A stretch of 59,746 nucleotides of DNA, filler included, from Dimargaris cristalligena (lineage: Eukaryota), in assembly GCA_003614675.1 (NCBI GenBank). It is 9 parts of 9 records of this genome, joined end to end, with 100 filler letters (N's around TTAATTAATTAA, not from the genome) between each part and the next. Parts side by side here need not be neighbours in the genome. Positions count along the whole stretch, not along the records: positions 33,396 to 39,909 come from ML003507.1; positions 40,010 to 46,525 come from ML003508.1; positions 46,626 to 53,136 come from ML003509.1; 6 more parts are not named here. One strand, 5' to 3'. Below, piece by piece: positions 39,203 through 51,900 of the stretch; within the stretch, counting starts at the first letter, position 1; each line of letters opens with the position of its first letter. A program made the position numbers and the translations under genes. The notes under the pieces are model-generated. The model had not been told where the DNA came from. It was given only the letters and a program-made list of their open reading frames with translations, and did no database searches.

Positions 39203-39208
<6 letters not shown>

Positions 39209-39706
39209 TCTATAATGTCTTTAAGAATAACTATCCCCATGTCTTTCTATTACCTATGGTCCACTCTTTACATTATAATTTAATGAGCATCCTGGGTTAA
39301 TTCATATTTCTAAGGCCCAATAAAACTCAGTTAGAATAATTTATTTCATACATTAGGTAGTTTGCTTAAACAATATTGTATTCTGTTGGCCTTCCTAATC
39401 TGACTTAATCCAGTCCTAATGATTGCCCATCCTTATTAGGCCTTATAGTGTCATAATAACCCTCCCATAGTTACCCTTAGTACTATGGGTCATCATTTAT
39501 TATATAACGCTACCCATTGCAACCCCAATACTTTGCACCCCAAACACTCCACTTACTGATCCAAGACTCTTCCAGTTCCCATAAGAGTCTTCCTAATGTG
39601 AAGCTATCCAGTCAGGCTCTTTACCTATCCACACCTTAGCCTTAGTCATATTCCCCGTGGGACCTCCCTCTGGAGCTGTCCCCATGTATATAACCAGGCC
39701 CTACTG

Positions 39707-39797
39707 GGACTGGTTTAATACCTTAGCTTATTCCTACCCCTTAGTTTACCTCAATAAACTCTATATATGCTCACCTCCCTTGTACTAACTAGTAAGT
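39707..39797 (+). repeat. Dispersed repeat fragment shared with 40113-40206 (different contig)
   Basis: GGACTGGTT...CTTAGCTTATTC...CAATAAACT...TATATGCTCACC...TAACTAGTAAGT is present in both; CpG-poor context. Confidence 0.75.
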
Positions 39798-39909
39798 GTG
39801 TATAAAGAACTGAAATCAAATCCTTGAAAACTGAACTTTTATTTGAAAAGATAGATGATAAGAAGGGAAAGGTGATAGACTTGCTGTTCCAAAAGGTGGC
39901 AGCAAGGGG
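39797..39909 (-). mobile_element. LTR-like fragment (family A), homologous to 46675-46785
   Basis: Reverse complement CCCCTTGCTGCCACC...AAGTCTATCACCTTTCC...AATAAAA.TTCAGTTTTCAAGGATTTGA...TACAC matches the start of contig 8; ends in ...ACA. Confidence 0.65.
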
Positions 39910-40009
39910 NNNNNNNNNNNNNNNNNNNNNNNNNNNNNNNNNNNNNNNNNNNNTTAATTAATTAANNNNNNNNNNNNNNNNNNNNNNNNNNNNNNNNNNN
40001 NNNNNNNNN
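39910..40009. other. Artificial contig spacer
   Basis: N44-TTAATTAATTAA-N44. Confidence 0.97.
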
Positions 40010-40112
40010 CTCATTCACTCGTCAGGGGCATACTTCCGATAAGTGCAAAAAATAGATAAAAAATAAAAGTAGGTAAAAAAGGTGGTAAGTTCACCACAAC
40101 TGGGCCCCATTA

Positions 40113-40206
40113 GGACTGGTTCAATTCCTTAGCTTATTCTTACTACCTTCAGTTTATCCCAATAAACTTTCTATATGCTCACCCCCCCTTATATTAACTA
40201 GTAAGT
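40113..40206 (+). repeat. Dispersed repeat fragment shared with 39707-39797
   Basis: Direct alignment of about 90 bp. Confidence 0.75.
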
Positions 40207-40279
40207 ATACCCACTGCATGTCCCTTGCATATACCAGTACTTAGCCTTTATTAGCTAGTACTATGCCCCCCACCTAACA

Positions 40280-41255
40280 CTAGGATCCACTTGGCTGAAT
40301 CTAAGCCCCATCTATTGTTAGAAGCCTACCCCTGGGACTCTTGATAGACTAAGAGTGGTTAACCCAGGTGACATCCCCAATGGCTGAAAAAGATTATTGT
40401 GAAAGAATATCACATAATCTCTTTGAGCCAGAGATGCTCAGTAGTGTGCTGCTTTTAAATTAACTGACAATTGACTTGACTTCATTACTGTATTATCCCA
40501 ATGCCTTTTTAACTCTCCAGGCATGGCCAAATTTGACTCTCCCCTCTTTTACCAGGCTGAATAAAATATTGATATTGCTAAAGGTCTACTTGTGATTCCC
40601 ACTTTTCATGTCTGGGGAGTAGCCTATAGACAGCCATTGGGTTTCCAATAATGCATTATATAAGGCACTAACTCAGTAATGTAACAAAGGGCTACTAATC
40701 CAGGTGAATGCACTTCACAGCCTCCTAGTCATGAGGTTGGGCATATTTCCAAAATTTAGCCCTTGGTTGATCAAGTCAGTGGTCTACTAAATTGTAAATT
40801 CACCTAATGGTCTCAGAGAAAGCAACTTGTATAGGGGTGTGGTGGTGCTGTGACTATTATCTGAAGCCAAAGGGCGAGCAGGCCAATCTGGACTATTATA
40901 GGGATTGGCTATTTTGTTTAAAGTGAAAGATTGTGAGTATTAAGAGGCACTTGGCCAATCTGTGGATTCTGTATAAGGGAAGGTATCCTCACTTCCTCAA
41001 CCAATCCTCTTTGAGGAATTCACTTGATGGAGGCAAGATACTATTATGCCTAACCCCACAAGGTGTAGGGAAAATATCAATGCCCATCGGCTGCAAACCC
41101 TCACCACTACTAATACTAGGTAGTGGCAGTTCACCTGGAGGGCCATGGGCTGTGATACTGGTGTTTGGTTCAGCCATGGGCTGGAATTGGCTTGGGTCAG
41201 TGGCTAGAAGCCAAATGAGGGCCAGGGTAGCCAGGCAGGTTGGTAGAGGGGTCAT
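40280..41255 (-). pseudogene. Possible decayed gene for a secreted protein
   Basis: Starts MTPLPTCLATLALIWLLATDP (signal-like), is broken by TGA at ~40989 and further stops; region strongly CpG-depleted. The 3' boundary is approximate. Confidence 0.3.
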
Positions 41256-43259
41256 TCTGTTGGCTTTTGTGACAGGTGGACGAAGCTTAGGGACTTGGGA
41301 AGAAGGTTGGTACAAAACATAATATAATACTGACTGTAGTTGGGACTTGGTTAGAAACCGCAAACAGGTGAGTAATAGACAGTGAGTATGTTCAATGCAA
41401 GATACAATAATGTTTGCAGAATAGTGGGGTTGCAGGTAAAGTCCGGAATAGCCAAAGGGTGCCTATGAGACGGGTTAAATATACCGTAAGGTCAAGAGAC
41501 AACCCACCAGTGGTTCCTCACTGAACATTTTCTATGCCAGATATTTCCGTGATTAGACAGCTCACAATTTTTCTAATAATTGGGGTACTCCAGCTATTTT
41601 CGGAGTATATGGAGGTCACCACGTGGAATTGTGCCAATCATTAAGAAACTGGGGCTAGCAATGTGTGCAAGTATTAGTGTGGCTAATGCGGTGCACGTTA
41701 GTTATAAAGAGGTGTTCTAGAGGGACTTCTACTTGCACATTGTAAACGGCACCACTGTGAATTCATTGGAATGCATGGGTTCTTGGACTGTACCATAGCC
41801 TGTTTTTATGACTGGATTAAAATGGGCAAAGGTAGCGGGTCTTATAGCAGCTGTCTGGGTCTATTGGACAACTCACCACTTCCTATGGTAGGATATCTGT
41901 GTGGTCATTGGCCAGTTCAATTTTACGGCAAAAAAAATTGAGATCTGGGCCAAATTAGCTCAATAAAAGCATACCCCACCCAACTACCCAATATACATTA
42001 CTCTCTGTGACGTCACCCTGCATATCTTCTATTATTATTCAACAGTCCAAACTATTACTGCCTTGCATTACTCCGGGGTACCCTAGCTTTACTATGTTAC
42101 AGTCATATTGGCCGACCTCAGCAGGCGCTGGGTTATCTAGCGGCAGATCCTTCCATATAAGGAATACACTATATTGGCCAATAGGAACAGTCCAGAGAAT
42201 AACTATAGTATGTGGCCTAGGGCTGGCAGGGGACTTATACTGCGCCCCTCCATGCATCTAGGAGGTTCCTTTTCTGTTCTTTTCGATACATATTATTTGA
42301 TATACTAATAAGGCTTTTATAAACGTTACAACTACAACCCGCTATATTTATATCCCGGTCCCAACAACTACGCCAATACTTCATAAAAAAATGTCCTCGG
42401 TGGACGTGGAAAAACACCAATCATCATCATCCCCAACAACTCGTACCATCACCGTTTTAGGTCTTTTACTTGTTTGCTTATTTTTATCTATCTTATTTTC
42501 ACCCCTCACATAAATATTCGTCTTAACACCAACATTGACACTGAACGAAGTGAGGTTTTCTCTAAACGCTTAGATCATTACACTATTAATGCCCTTTAAT
42601 GTGTAGAACTTCTATTAGACATACTTTGTTTTCAATATATCTCCAATACTGCAGTTGTGGTATCCCCGATGTCGATTGTAATCTATTGTATTCCGAAGGG
42701 ATAGTAATGGGGTTCGCCAATGTAATTGAATGTATCGGATGTCCCATTAGTATCCCGTCACCAAATGGAAGACACTTATTAGAAACAATAATTTTATAGA
42801 AAATCCCGATACCCACTTTTATTGATAAATACTTTAAAATCTGATAGTGGTATTGTCCGCTATGAGGCATAAAAACTGTACTGCAGCAAATGTAAAATGG
42901 GTGAGAGGTGAGATATGTATAGACAGTTAGCCTATCAGTTAGGGTGTGGAACGGCAAGTAAGCTAAACTTTGAGGCAACTCAGCCTTAGGTTTAATATAC
43001 TGGGACATATGCCGATGATCGCCCTTTGGGCCATGGATTGTATCTCTATTACCTACTCCTAGCTTCAAAACTTGGGCTTAGTCATGCAAATGGTGGAGTA
43101 TTGTTTTCAGTTAGGCTTCAATTTGATACTCATGCCGAGGCTAAATCAACCCTACTCCTGAACCGTCTTACAGGTAGTTGCCTTGCTGTCGCTGCCTCTG
43201 TTGCTGATGCCACAGGCTTCTGGTAACCCCTTCACTATACCCCCGCCATCCTAGCATAT

Positions 43260-43395
43260 GGGTGAAGTTCAGCTTGGTTGTATAGGGGTTTAACCGATAT
43301 GTGTATGGGAAAATTGGTGGGATGTTTATTTTCAACCAGCAGTACTTGCCTCATCAAATGGATTTTTCGTTATACAGCCTTGTTGAACTACTCCC
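43260..43395 (-). mobile_element. 136-bp MITE-like repeat, full copy 2 (inverted relative to 10475)
   Basis: ATAT-GGGTGAAGTTCAGCTTGGTTGTATA...TATACAGCCTTGTTGAACTACTCCC-ATAT; same length as the 10475 copy. Confidence 0.82.
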
Positions 43396-44729
43396 ATATG
43401 ATTGTCTATAAGCTTGAAATTATTTAGTCGGCCAATGAAAAGACTGGGTTAACAACCAATAGAATGGCAGGCTCTTTCTATTATTATTACTGTACAATAT
43501 ACCATTGACGCGCTTATTTGGCCCCCACCGAAACATCCCACTATAAAATGTATTATTTACTTGTGTTAAATTTTCACTAACCCTTATACTAGCACTTTTA
43601 CATACACGTGAGAATTATATCGGTAAATATATCGCTAGCTCAAGAATATAAAATTTTAGTCTATGCAATGCGGAAAATATACCAATTAATAGGCCCGAGT
43701 TAGCTAGTGGCAGTATGGCGAAGCTCGATAACCCATACCGAAGAGCCCGGCAAGGCTACTCGGGACACTGTTATCAAGGCACTTTTATCTTTAAACAATA
43801 TAGAGGCCATGGGCAGTGCATATTAAAAAATTGACATACTAGTTATTGGAAGAAAGTGCCCTCATTCTCATCCTGAACCGTTTAGTTCCAACCCTCCCCC
43901 CAACCTTCACTACTGAAGGCTCTATAGATAGGTTTTGAGTTGGGTATTGACCCTATTGAGTTCTTTATTTTTTCCCCATAATAAGTAGGTTATTTATAGT
44001 CCGTTTACTATATAACTGCTTAATATACTAGGCGAAAATACGTTTTCGGCCGTATATTCGGTGGGTGACCATATGCCTGAAGGGGGGGGGGGGGTACTGA
44101 TTGCCTGACACACCGGTCTACGCCAGTGAAGGGCGGAAAATGCAGGGTGTGCAATTTCCGCATCATTGCCGCTATTTTCCGACTGATTCTGCCGCCTATA
44201 CCATGAAAACATGCTAACACAAAAAAACTACCATTATTTCAACACTCGCGGGTTGCATTGGTAAGTCTGGCTTGCTCCCGAGTGTTTCAAATTAATTTCA
44301 TTCTGCATTTTTCTATTCATTGGCTCTTAATCGTGTCCTCCTTACAATTCAGCGGCCTCCGAGGCCCCCCTATAGGTTGCATGAGTAACCATCGGAATTC
44401 CCCTCTTCTTAGGAGGTTGTCATTGCCTCCCCCGTTTTAATTCTCGTATGATTCTGATCCTATCTTGCATCCTTCTTCCCTCAAAGTTTCCTTATCACTC
44501 GACCATTTTATTCAATAAATCATTTATTACTATCTCATACCCTCGTCCCTTCTTGTTGAATTATTCGCCTGCTCTTATCCGGCATTGTGGCTACGTCCAA
44601 CTCGGCGTGCCTCCCGTCTTCTGCCATTAGAGAGCCGCCCTCCGCGCCTATAGAGAGCCCACTCCCTTCACTCAGTTTCCGAAGGCCAACAACGTGAGGC
44701 CGGACGCCAATAGCAGCACATTACCGCCC

Positions 44730-46525
44730 TCAACCCTTCCATTTGGCAAACCACGATTTGAGGCATTGCACCGTCGTAATACAGTCCGGGTTCTTGTCGT
44801 CGTTGTCGAGGTCATCATTTGATTGAAGGTCAATTTGGAACCAATCCTCGGGTAGGTCGGGGTGACCAATCTCGGCTATGGAACCGCGTCGAGGTGAATG
44901 ATTGATCGTCGTTGAAAGATAATCAGTCTTACCCATAGGAAGTGAGGTTCGGCAGATTGGACCTCGAATAATCACAGGTCGGGGCTCGAATAATCTCCTG
45001 GAATCAACATCGTTTGGCGGAATTGGAGCCGTCGAAGGTCGAATAGTTAACTGTATGTGATCGGGTGCCGACCTAACAGGTATATGAGAGCTACCCAGAG
45101 AGCCCTCTAGAGACAAATTATAGGTCTCATCAACCAAGTCCGCTGTATTGGTCGGAGACGGAATCGGTATAACAATATGATTGGTCATCATAGGTGAGCT
45201 TGGAACTGGCCCAAAGACGTCGGTGATCGAATTAATCGCATTATCCTCAAAAGAATGGCCGGAATTGGTCGGAGCGGGCTCAGGAGTCACAGTCGACGCA
45301 CGAGAAAATTCGGCGGTGGTGGATGGAATACCAGAAACATGGCTATGGAACTCACTATTGGTAAGTTTAATGTCGGATAAATCAGCTATCATATCTGTAT
45401 AACCCTGAGCGAATTTACATTCTGAATGTGCGTCATCATCCGGATCGTAGGTGTAAGTATTAATTGAAATCGGATTTGAAGCGGATGCAGAGGCAACGGG
45501 AATCATGGCAGCACCGGTGACGTCGGTTGAACTAGTAAGCACCGGAATGCCGAGGCTATTATCAGCAAACCTGATGTTAGAGGAAATAGCGAGCGCATTC
45601 ACGCTATCTTGGGAAATATTACTGGCGAGAGTGCCAATCAGAGTCGGGATCGATCCAACAGATAATAAAGAAATGTGTTCGGCCGTGGTGGTGGTGTCGT
45701 CATCCGGGGAATTGTACATGGACATTTCGAGGCCGTTTCTAGCGATTTCACTGGGAGAGGAAATGATCGGCGAATTGACATAATTCTCGGGTAATTGGTC
45801 AACCAAATGTTCAGCATTCGCGGAATCACAAACCAGGGTCTCAGTTGGAGCCGGATCCAATGTAACGGACGATGCAGAGATATGACTGGCCATGCCATTG
45901 GTGTTGTCGTCTGAGGTATTGAACATGAACATCTCGAGACTGTTGCTAGCGAGTTGAAGGTGAGAGGACATGGCTAGTAAGTTAGAAAATAGGTCGACCA
46001 AAAGTTCGGCATTAGCAGGATTAACGACCAGGGCCCCGGTCGGAGCCGGCTCCGATGCGATAGAAAATGAAGCAAGATGGCTGGCCATGGTGGTGGTGTC
46101 GCTGTCCGGGGAATTAAACATGGACATTTTGAGGCCGTTGCTAGCGAGTTGAAAATGAGAGGAAATGGCTAGTAAGTTAGAAAATAGGTCATCCAAAAGT
46201 TCGGCATGAGCAGGATTAACAACCAATGCATCAGTCAGAGCTGGCTCTGATGCAACAAACGATGAAGAAATATGATTAGTCGTGTCGATGGTGTCGTCGT
46301 TCGGGGTATTGTGTATGGACATCTCGAGTCCGTTGCTGGCAGATTCAGGGTGAGGAGTGATGCCCGGTGAATTGGCGTAATTCTCGGGAAATTGGTCAAC
46401 CAAACGTTCGGCATTCGCGGGTTCATTGGCCAGGGCATCAGTTCGAGCCGGCTCGGATGCAATGGACGATGGCGAAAAATGATTGGCCACGGCTTCGGTA
46501 TCGTCGTTCGGGGTATTGTGTATGG
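44730..46525 (-). CDS. Acidic Ser/Asn/Pro-rich protein with tandem ~65-70 aa repeats (5'-truncated)
   Basis: Frame open from the contig edge to TGA at 44730; at least 4 repeats of ..H.S..S.ASEPA.T.AL...PANAE.L.D....N......ASNGLEMS..N.P.DDT; no known domain recognised. Confidence 0.7.
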
Positions 46526-46625
46526 NNNNNNNNNNNNNNNNNNNNNNNNNNNNNNNNNNNNNNNNNNNNTTAATTAATTAANNNNNNNNNNNNNNNNNNN
46601 NNNNNNNNNNNNNNNNNNNNNNNNN
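46526..46625. other. Artificial contig spacer
   Basis: N44-TTAATTAATTAA-N44. Confidence 0.97.
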
Positions 46626-46932
46626 TATTCATCTATCTTTTCATTTAGGCTTCCTCTTTCGAGTATAAATACTCCCCCTTGCTGCCACCTCTTAGAACAG
46701 TAAGTCTATCATCACCTTTCCTTTTTATCACTTATATTTTGGAATAAAATTCAGTTTTCAAGGATTTGAGTTCTATTCTTTACACCCCCTTTTATAGTTA
46801 ACCTAATTAATTGGATATCCCCCATATTATTATCTATAAAGTACCCTTTGCATCAACTGCTTGTGTGTTATCTCTTGTAAACTTGTCTGAGGTGTAGCCC
46901 TTTTATTATTTCTTATATTAAAGACTACAACA

Positions 46933-46942
46933 TTAGTGGAGG
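46933..46942 (+). promoter_or_regulatory. Putative primer-binding site (mutated TGGTGGAG, tRNA-Ala-like)
   Basis: TTAGTGGAGG directly after the LTR-terminal ACA; one G>A away from TGGTGGAG. Confidence 0.5.
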
Positions 46943-48923
46943 ACCACAATTTTGATCATTTTCTCACACACTGCCTTCTCCCTCTCTTATCAACACACCC
47001 ACTCAACCTACTGGCCACCCATTTTGCCACTGCACCCCCATGAGCTAAAGAACCACCAAGGATAGCAACCTAGGTAAAGGAATAGCCACCCAAACTCATT
47101 CTGCAACCCAGACCCAGTGAGCTACAACAAGTGCCCTGGAGGAAGAGTCATTAACAGAAGAGGAACAATGTATAATAGTGGAAATTTTCAAGTATAGCAC
47201 TCAGGAGTTTGACCAGTGAGATTGCAGACAGCTTCAGCCAACTAGGACAGTGGCTACCAGCAAAGCCAGTATTCCTTGTGAAGGAACAGTTGGGCAAACC
47301 CAGCCAGCAAGTACAATTACTTCTAGGGCAAGTGCCACCACACCTACTATTGGTAACCTGTTAAATCAACCAATTAAGGTCACAACCACCTAGTCTAGTG
47401 AGACTACAGTTCAGTTATTACAAAGTGAATCAATCAGACAATTTGACTTTACTACTGGAATAAGAATGGCCAAAGGTACTGGTCAACAATTTCAGGGTCA
47501 AGGTAGACCCCCAGTCCCAAGTCAATAGTATACAGTATCCCAAGATTGGGCAAGATCCAACAGGGACCAGCCAGGGTCAATCAATGAATCAGCAAGACAG
47601 CTGTTGGGAATCACCCAGCAGGCACAGATTAATCAGGCAGATCAATCCAGCCAGGAGCAAAGAGCACAGCCAGCAATGGACAGTTTCAATCAAACTATTG
47701 CTGGAATGCTAGGAACAACTTTAGTATGACAAACAACCACTAAGTAAGCCGTCAGGATGACAGAACTCCAACAACAGGTGCAGCAGCAGGAAGGTCGTCA
47801 ACAAGCTATGGAAAGTGAGTTATAATTCATGCACTCAAATTTGGCAAGGATCCAGAAGACCCAGGAGGAGATGGCAAGCTTCCTCCAAATCTTTAGTGAT
47901 ACCATCAAGAACCAGAGTGACCAAGCAGCACTCATGGAGGATTGATGGGCATGGATGGATAGCCAAAACCAAGAAACCCTGAAAGTAATGCAGGAAATCC
48001 AGTGGGATATGACCAGGAAATTCAACCTACTAGCCATGAACCCCACCCCTTATCAGAATAATGAAACAGACTGTACAGCTACACCTACCCCAAGGCTTCA
48101 GTCCAGTAATCAGAATGCTAAGTTTGTCCTACCCAGTGCGGGACCCCAAAACCCGGACACCCAACTACCTGGAACCAGTGGCTGGCCACAGGAACCTTGG
48201 CCAACCTCCAGAGACCATAGGTCCACCCCTCAGAGCCGCCACACCCTGGAAAACTACAGTTATAGCCATGATCAACCCACTGGTTTAGTAATTGGACCCA
48301 AGAGCATTCCTAGGCTTAAGGAAAGTGATACTACTAGTGTCAGAACTTGGACTATTCAAGTTGACTATGTGGCCAGGGCCAACCAATGGGTCCCTGTGCA
48401 GACCCTGGTAGAAGCCCTTAGTGCAATATGTGCTCCCCTTCAAGATTGGCACACAGCATTTCACTAAGACATCAGAAGTTAGAGTGATTTCTGAGACTAA
48501 CTACTAGAAGAACTAGAAGGTGCTAATCGCTATGCCAGTATTCAGGAAGAACTAGCCAAGGCCAAGTGGGATAGGAGGACTGAGTATCTATATTACTTTA
48601 GTAAAGTCATCTCCCTTGGGGAGTCAATTGGGCTAGACAAATCCCAAATCAAGTACCATCTTTTAAGAGTCCTTCCATCTAAGTGGTTTGATGCCCTTAT
48701 CTACAATGGCTATTCCAACTGGAAGGACTTGTACCATAGGGTCCATGAGAGGATTCTTAATGCATCCTATGTCTGTGACTATGAGTGCCAGTCTCACTGG
48801 TTTGAATCATCATGATATAACCAAGACTACCGAACCAATTGTCAATAATCAAGTAAAGAAAAGCCAGCTCTTAGTGAGGATAAACTAACCCAAGGCAAAA
48901 CCCCGGCAAAGAACTCCAGCTCC

Positions 48924-51900
48924 TGTTTCAAGTGTGGAAAAACTGGACGTTTCATGGCCGACTGCCCTCAGAGAAGAAACCCCAAAATTCAACAAGTTGG
49001 GATTACTTTGATTGCAACTCAGAAGATGACTCCTCCAGTGTTTTGACTACTGAGGATAAATCTGATGCTGTTGTAACCACTGTTACTGCTACAGATATTG
49101 GATCACAATACAAAATCCATGTTCTAGTTAATGGGGAACCCCGTGAAGCAGTGCTTGACACTGGAGCCTAAATCTCAGTTATCCCTCAGTCTCTCTTGCC
49201 CCAGGAGGTCAAGGATATACCCTCCATAGGCTCTGGGTACATTGTACTAGGTGATAAGAGAGGTATTGCAGTCAGCTGCTATGTGGAAGTGGAAATAACA
49301 GTGGGAGCAGTAGTAGTACCAGTTACTGCTGCTGTATTACCCTATGGAAGCTTTCTGCTAGGGACCAACTGGGCAGATCAGGCCCAGCCAGTCATTGATA
49401 TTGCCCGTCGAACACTGGCTCTGGGTGGATAACAGACTACCCTCAGAGTAATCCACCTGACAACTATACCTCCTGGAGGTTTAGTAGCTACCCCTGTCCA
49501 AGCCGATGGCCTTGTACTAGTGACTGCTTTTGTGCATACCTTGCACCACCATACCACCCGAGCCCTGGAAGGAATAGCTGCATTTACCGACCAAGAAACC
49601 CAGGTCATGGTTAGGAATCCCACTGGGGAACCTATAGTATTGATGCCCAAAACTCGAATAGCAACTGTATCGGCTGGTCCTGAAATCACAATGTCCACTG
49701 ACCTCCCCTTAGGTAAACAACTGACCTTAGAGGAGCAAGAAACCTTGACCAAACTGGTTAGTAAATATGGATTCTTTGCAGAGAACCCTAAGCAACCCCA
49801 TGTAACTGCTAGTACCACTCATCAAATCAAGTTACTGGATACAAAACCAATTCGAAGTCGGGCCTACCAGACACCATGGGCAAAAAAAGGCAAACCTAGT
49901 CAAGGAAGTCCAGGAAATGTTGGAAAATGGGGTCATTCAGCCTTCCAATAGTGCCTGGGCAACTCCCATTACCCCAGTACTGAAGAAGGATGGCTCTACT
50001 TGGTTCTGTGTAGATTACTGAAAATTAAACAAAGTAACCAGAAAAGATGCCTATCCCCTACCCAGTATCGAAGAAGCCATTGACTGGTTGGGATCTGCCC
50101 GATATTTTACTACCCTGGACCTAGCTTCCGGGTATTGGCAAATTCCCATGGAGCCCGGTGACATTGAGAAGACTGCCTTTACAACTGGTGATGCATTGTA
50201 TGAATTTACAGTGATGCCTTTTGGATTGTGCAATGCCCCAGCCACTTTTCAGTGATTAATGAATGAGGTCTTGGGTGAGCATATTAATGTTTGCTGTCTA
50301 GTTAATCTAGATGATATTATTATCTTCTCCCCGGACTTTAAACAACACTGTCAGGATATTCAACAAGTACTTCGTACCCTTCAAAAGCATGGCCTCCAGC
50401 TTAAGAAGAGTAAATGTACTTTTGGTGCCGATTGTGTACCTTACCTAGGGCATGTGGTATCTCGGGAAGGAATTTGACCCAACCCCGAAAAAGTTGAAGC
50501 TGTATGGGCTATGCCACCACCAACTAACCTCAAAGGAGTACAAAGTTTCATTGGGCTCACCTCTTATTACCGGTGGTTTGTACCTTGATTTTCAATGAGG
50601 GCCACCCATTTACGCCGATTAATGCAAAAGGGTATTCCATTTACCTGGGGTGAAGCTGAACAGGCTGAATTCGATGACCTAAGGAATGCACTGACCACTA
50701 ATCCCATCCTACGCTACCCGGATTTCAACAAACAGTTCATCATGCAAACGGATGCCTCTGATCATGGTGTGGGTGCCATCCTAACTCAGCGGGAGGGGAA
50801 AGAGGAATATGCCATAGCATATGCTAGTGCCAGTCTTGAGAAAGCCCAAAAGAATTATACGGTCACTGAAAAAGAATGCCTGGCTGCAGTGTATGCTCTA
50901 CAGAAATTTCGACCCTATTTATATGGCCGTAAGTTCATCCTGGAAACTGACCATGCTCCACTGAAGTGGTTACAATCAACTACCCCTCGTTCTGGATGTT
51001 TGGAACGATGGTATCTCACCCTCCAAGATTATGATTTTGAAATACATCACCGACCTGGGAGAATATACAATAATGCTGATGGATTGCCCTGGTTATCCCT
51101 GCCTACTGCACCATCTGAACCAGATGGGGCAATGGTAAATAGCTTGAACATTGAAAGTCTACCAGAATTTTGTATTCGTCAATGCCACCCCAAGGCTACC
51201 CTTCCTAATCGAGGTACTCAAGGGTCAGCAGGGTATGGCCTATATATCTACCGAAAAATCCACCTTAGTCCTCATAGTTTTCAAGCTGTTGCTATTGGAT
51301 GGGCTCGTCAAATGCCATCCCAGTATCACACTCAGATTCGGGAGCGAAGTTCATTAGGAATCCAAGGTATTGCAGTTCGTGCTGGGATTATAGATAGTGA
51401 CTACCGAGGGGAAATATCTGTTGTCCTACATAATCTAACTGCAACTGAGTACACCCTTATGCCCCAGGCAAAGATTGCTCAACTACTATTTATCCCTAAC
51501 GGAATCCCTGATTTAGTGGAGGTAGCTGAACTGGATAATACCCAACGGGGGAATGGTAGTTTTAGTTCTACAGATAGGCCTTCCTTGGAGAATTCCGTGG
51601 TAATTGAAGCTACACCAAAAGCCCTTCTGATATCTGTTGCCAATGACCAAATGGGTCTCGACCAAAAGAATGATCCGGAAATTGGTAACCTAATTCAATG
51701 GATGGGGGACAAAACTAAATAATCATTTCGGGGCCGAGGCCAAACCTTTACCATTCAAGAAGGATTAGTATATCAAACAGTTAATGGTATTAATCGCCTA
51801 TACCTACCTGCAGTACACCGTCCTTCCGCCCTCACTGCAGCCCTTGAAGCTATGGGGGTTGGCCATTTAGGTACTACTACGGTACAGCATCGTCTCCAAC

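Noticed and set aside
41400-43230. ORF 42586-43068 and neighbouring fragments
   Set aside because: Non-ATG start, AT-rich, no domain signature; no coherent gene model.
48960-49010. Programmed gag-pol frameshift after the zinc knuckle
   Set aside because: The frame change is equally explained by a 1-nt deletion (KIQQVG/DYFDC) in a copy with many other lesions; no clear slippery heptamer.
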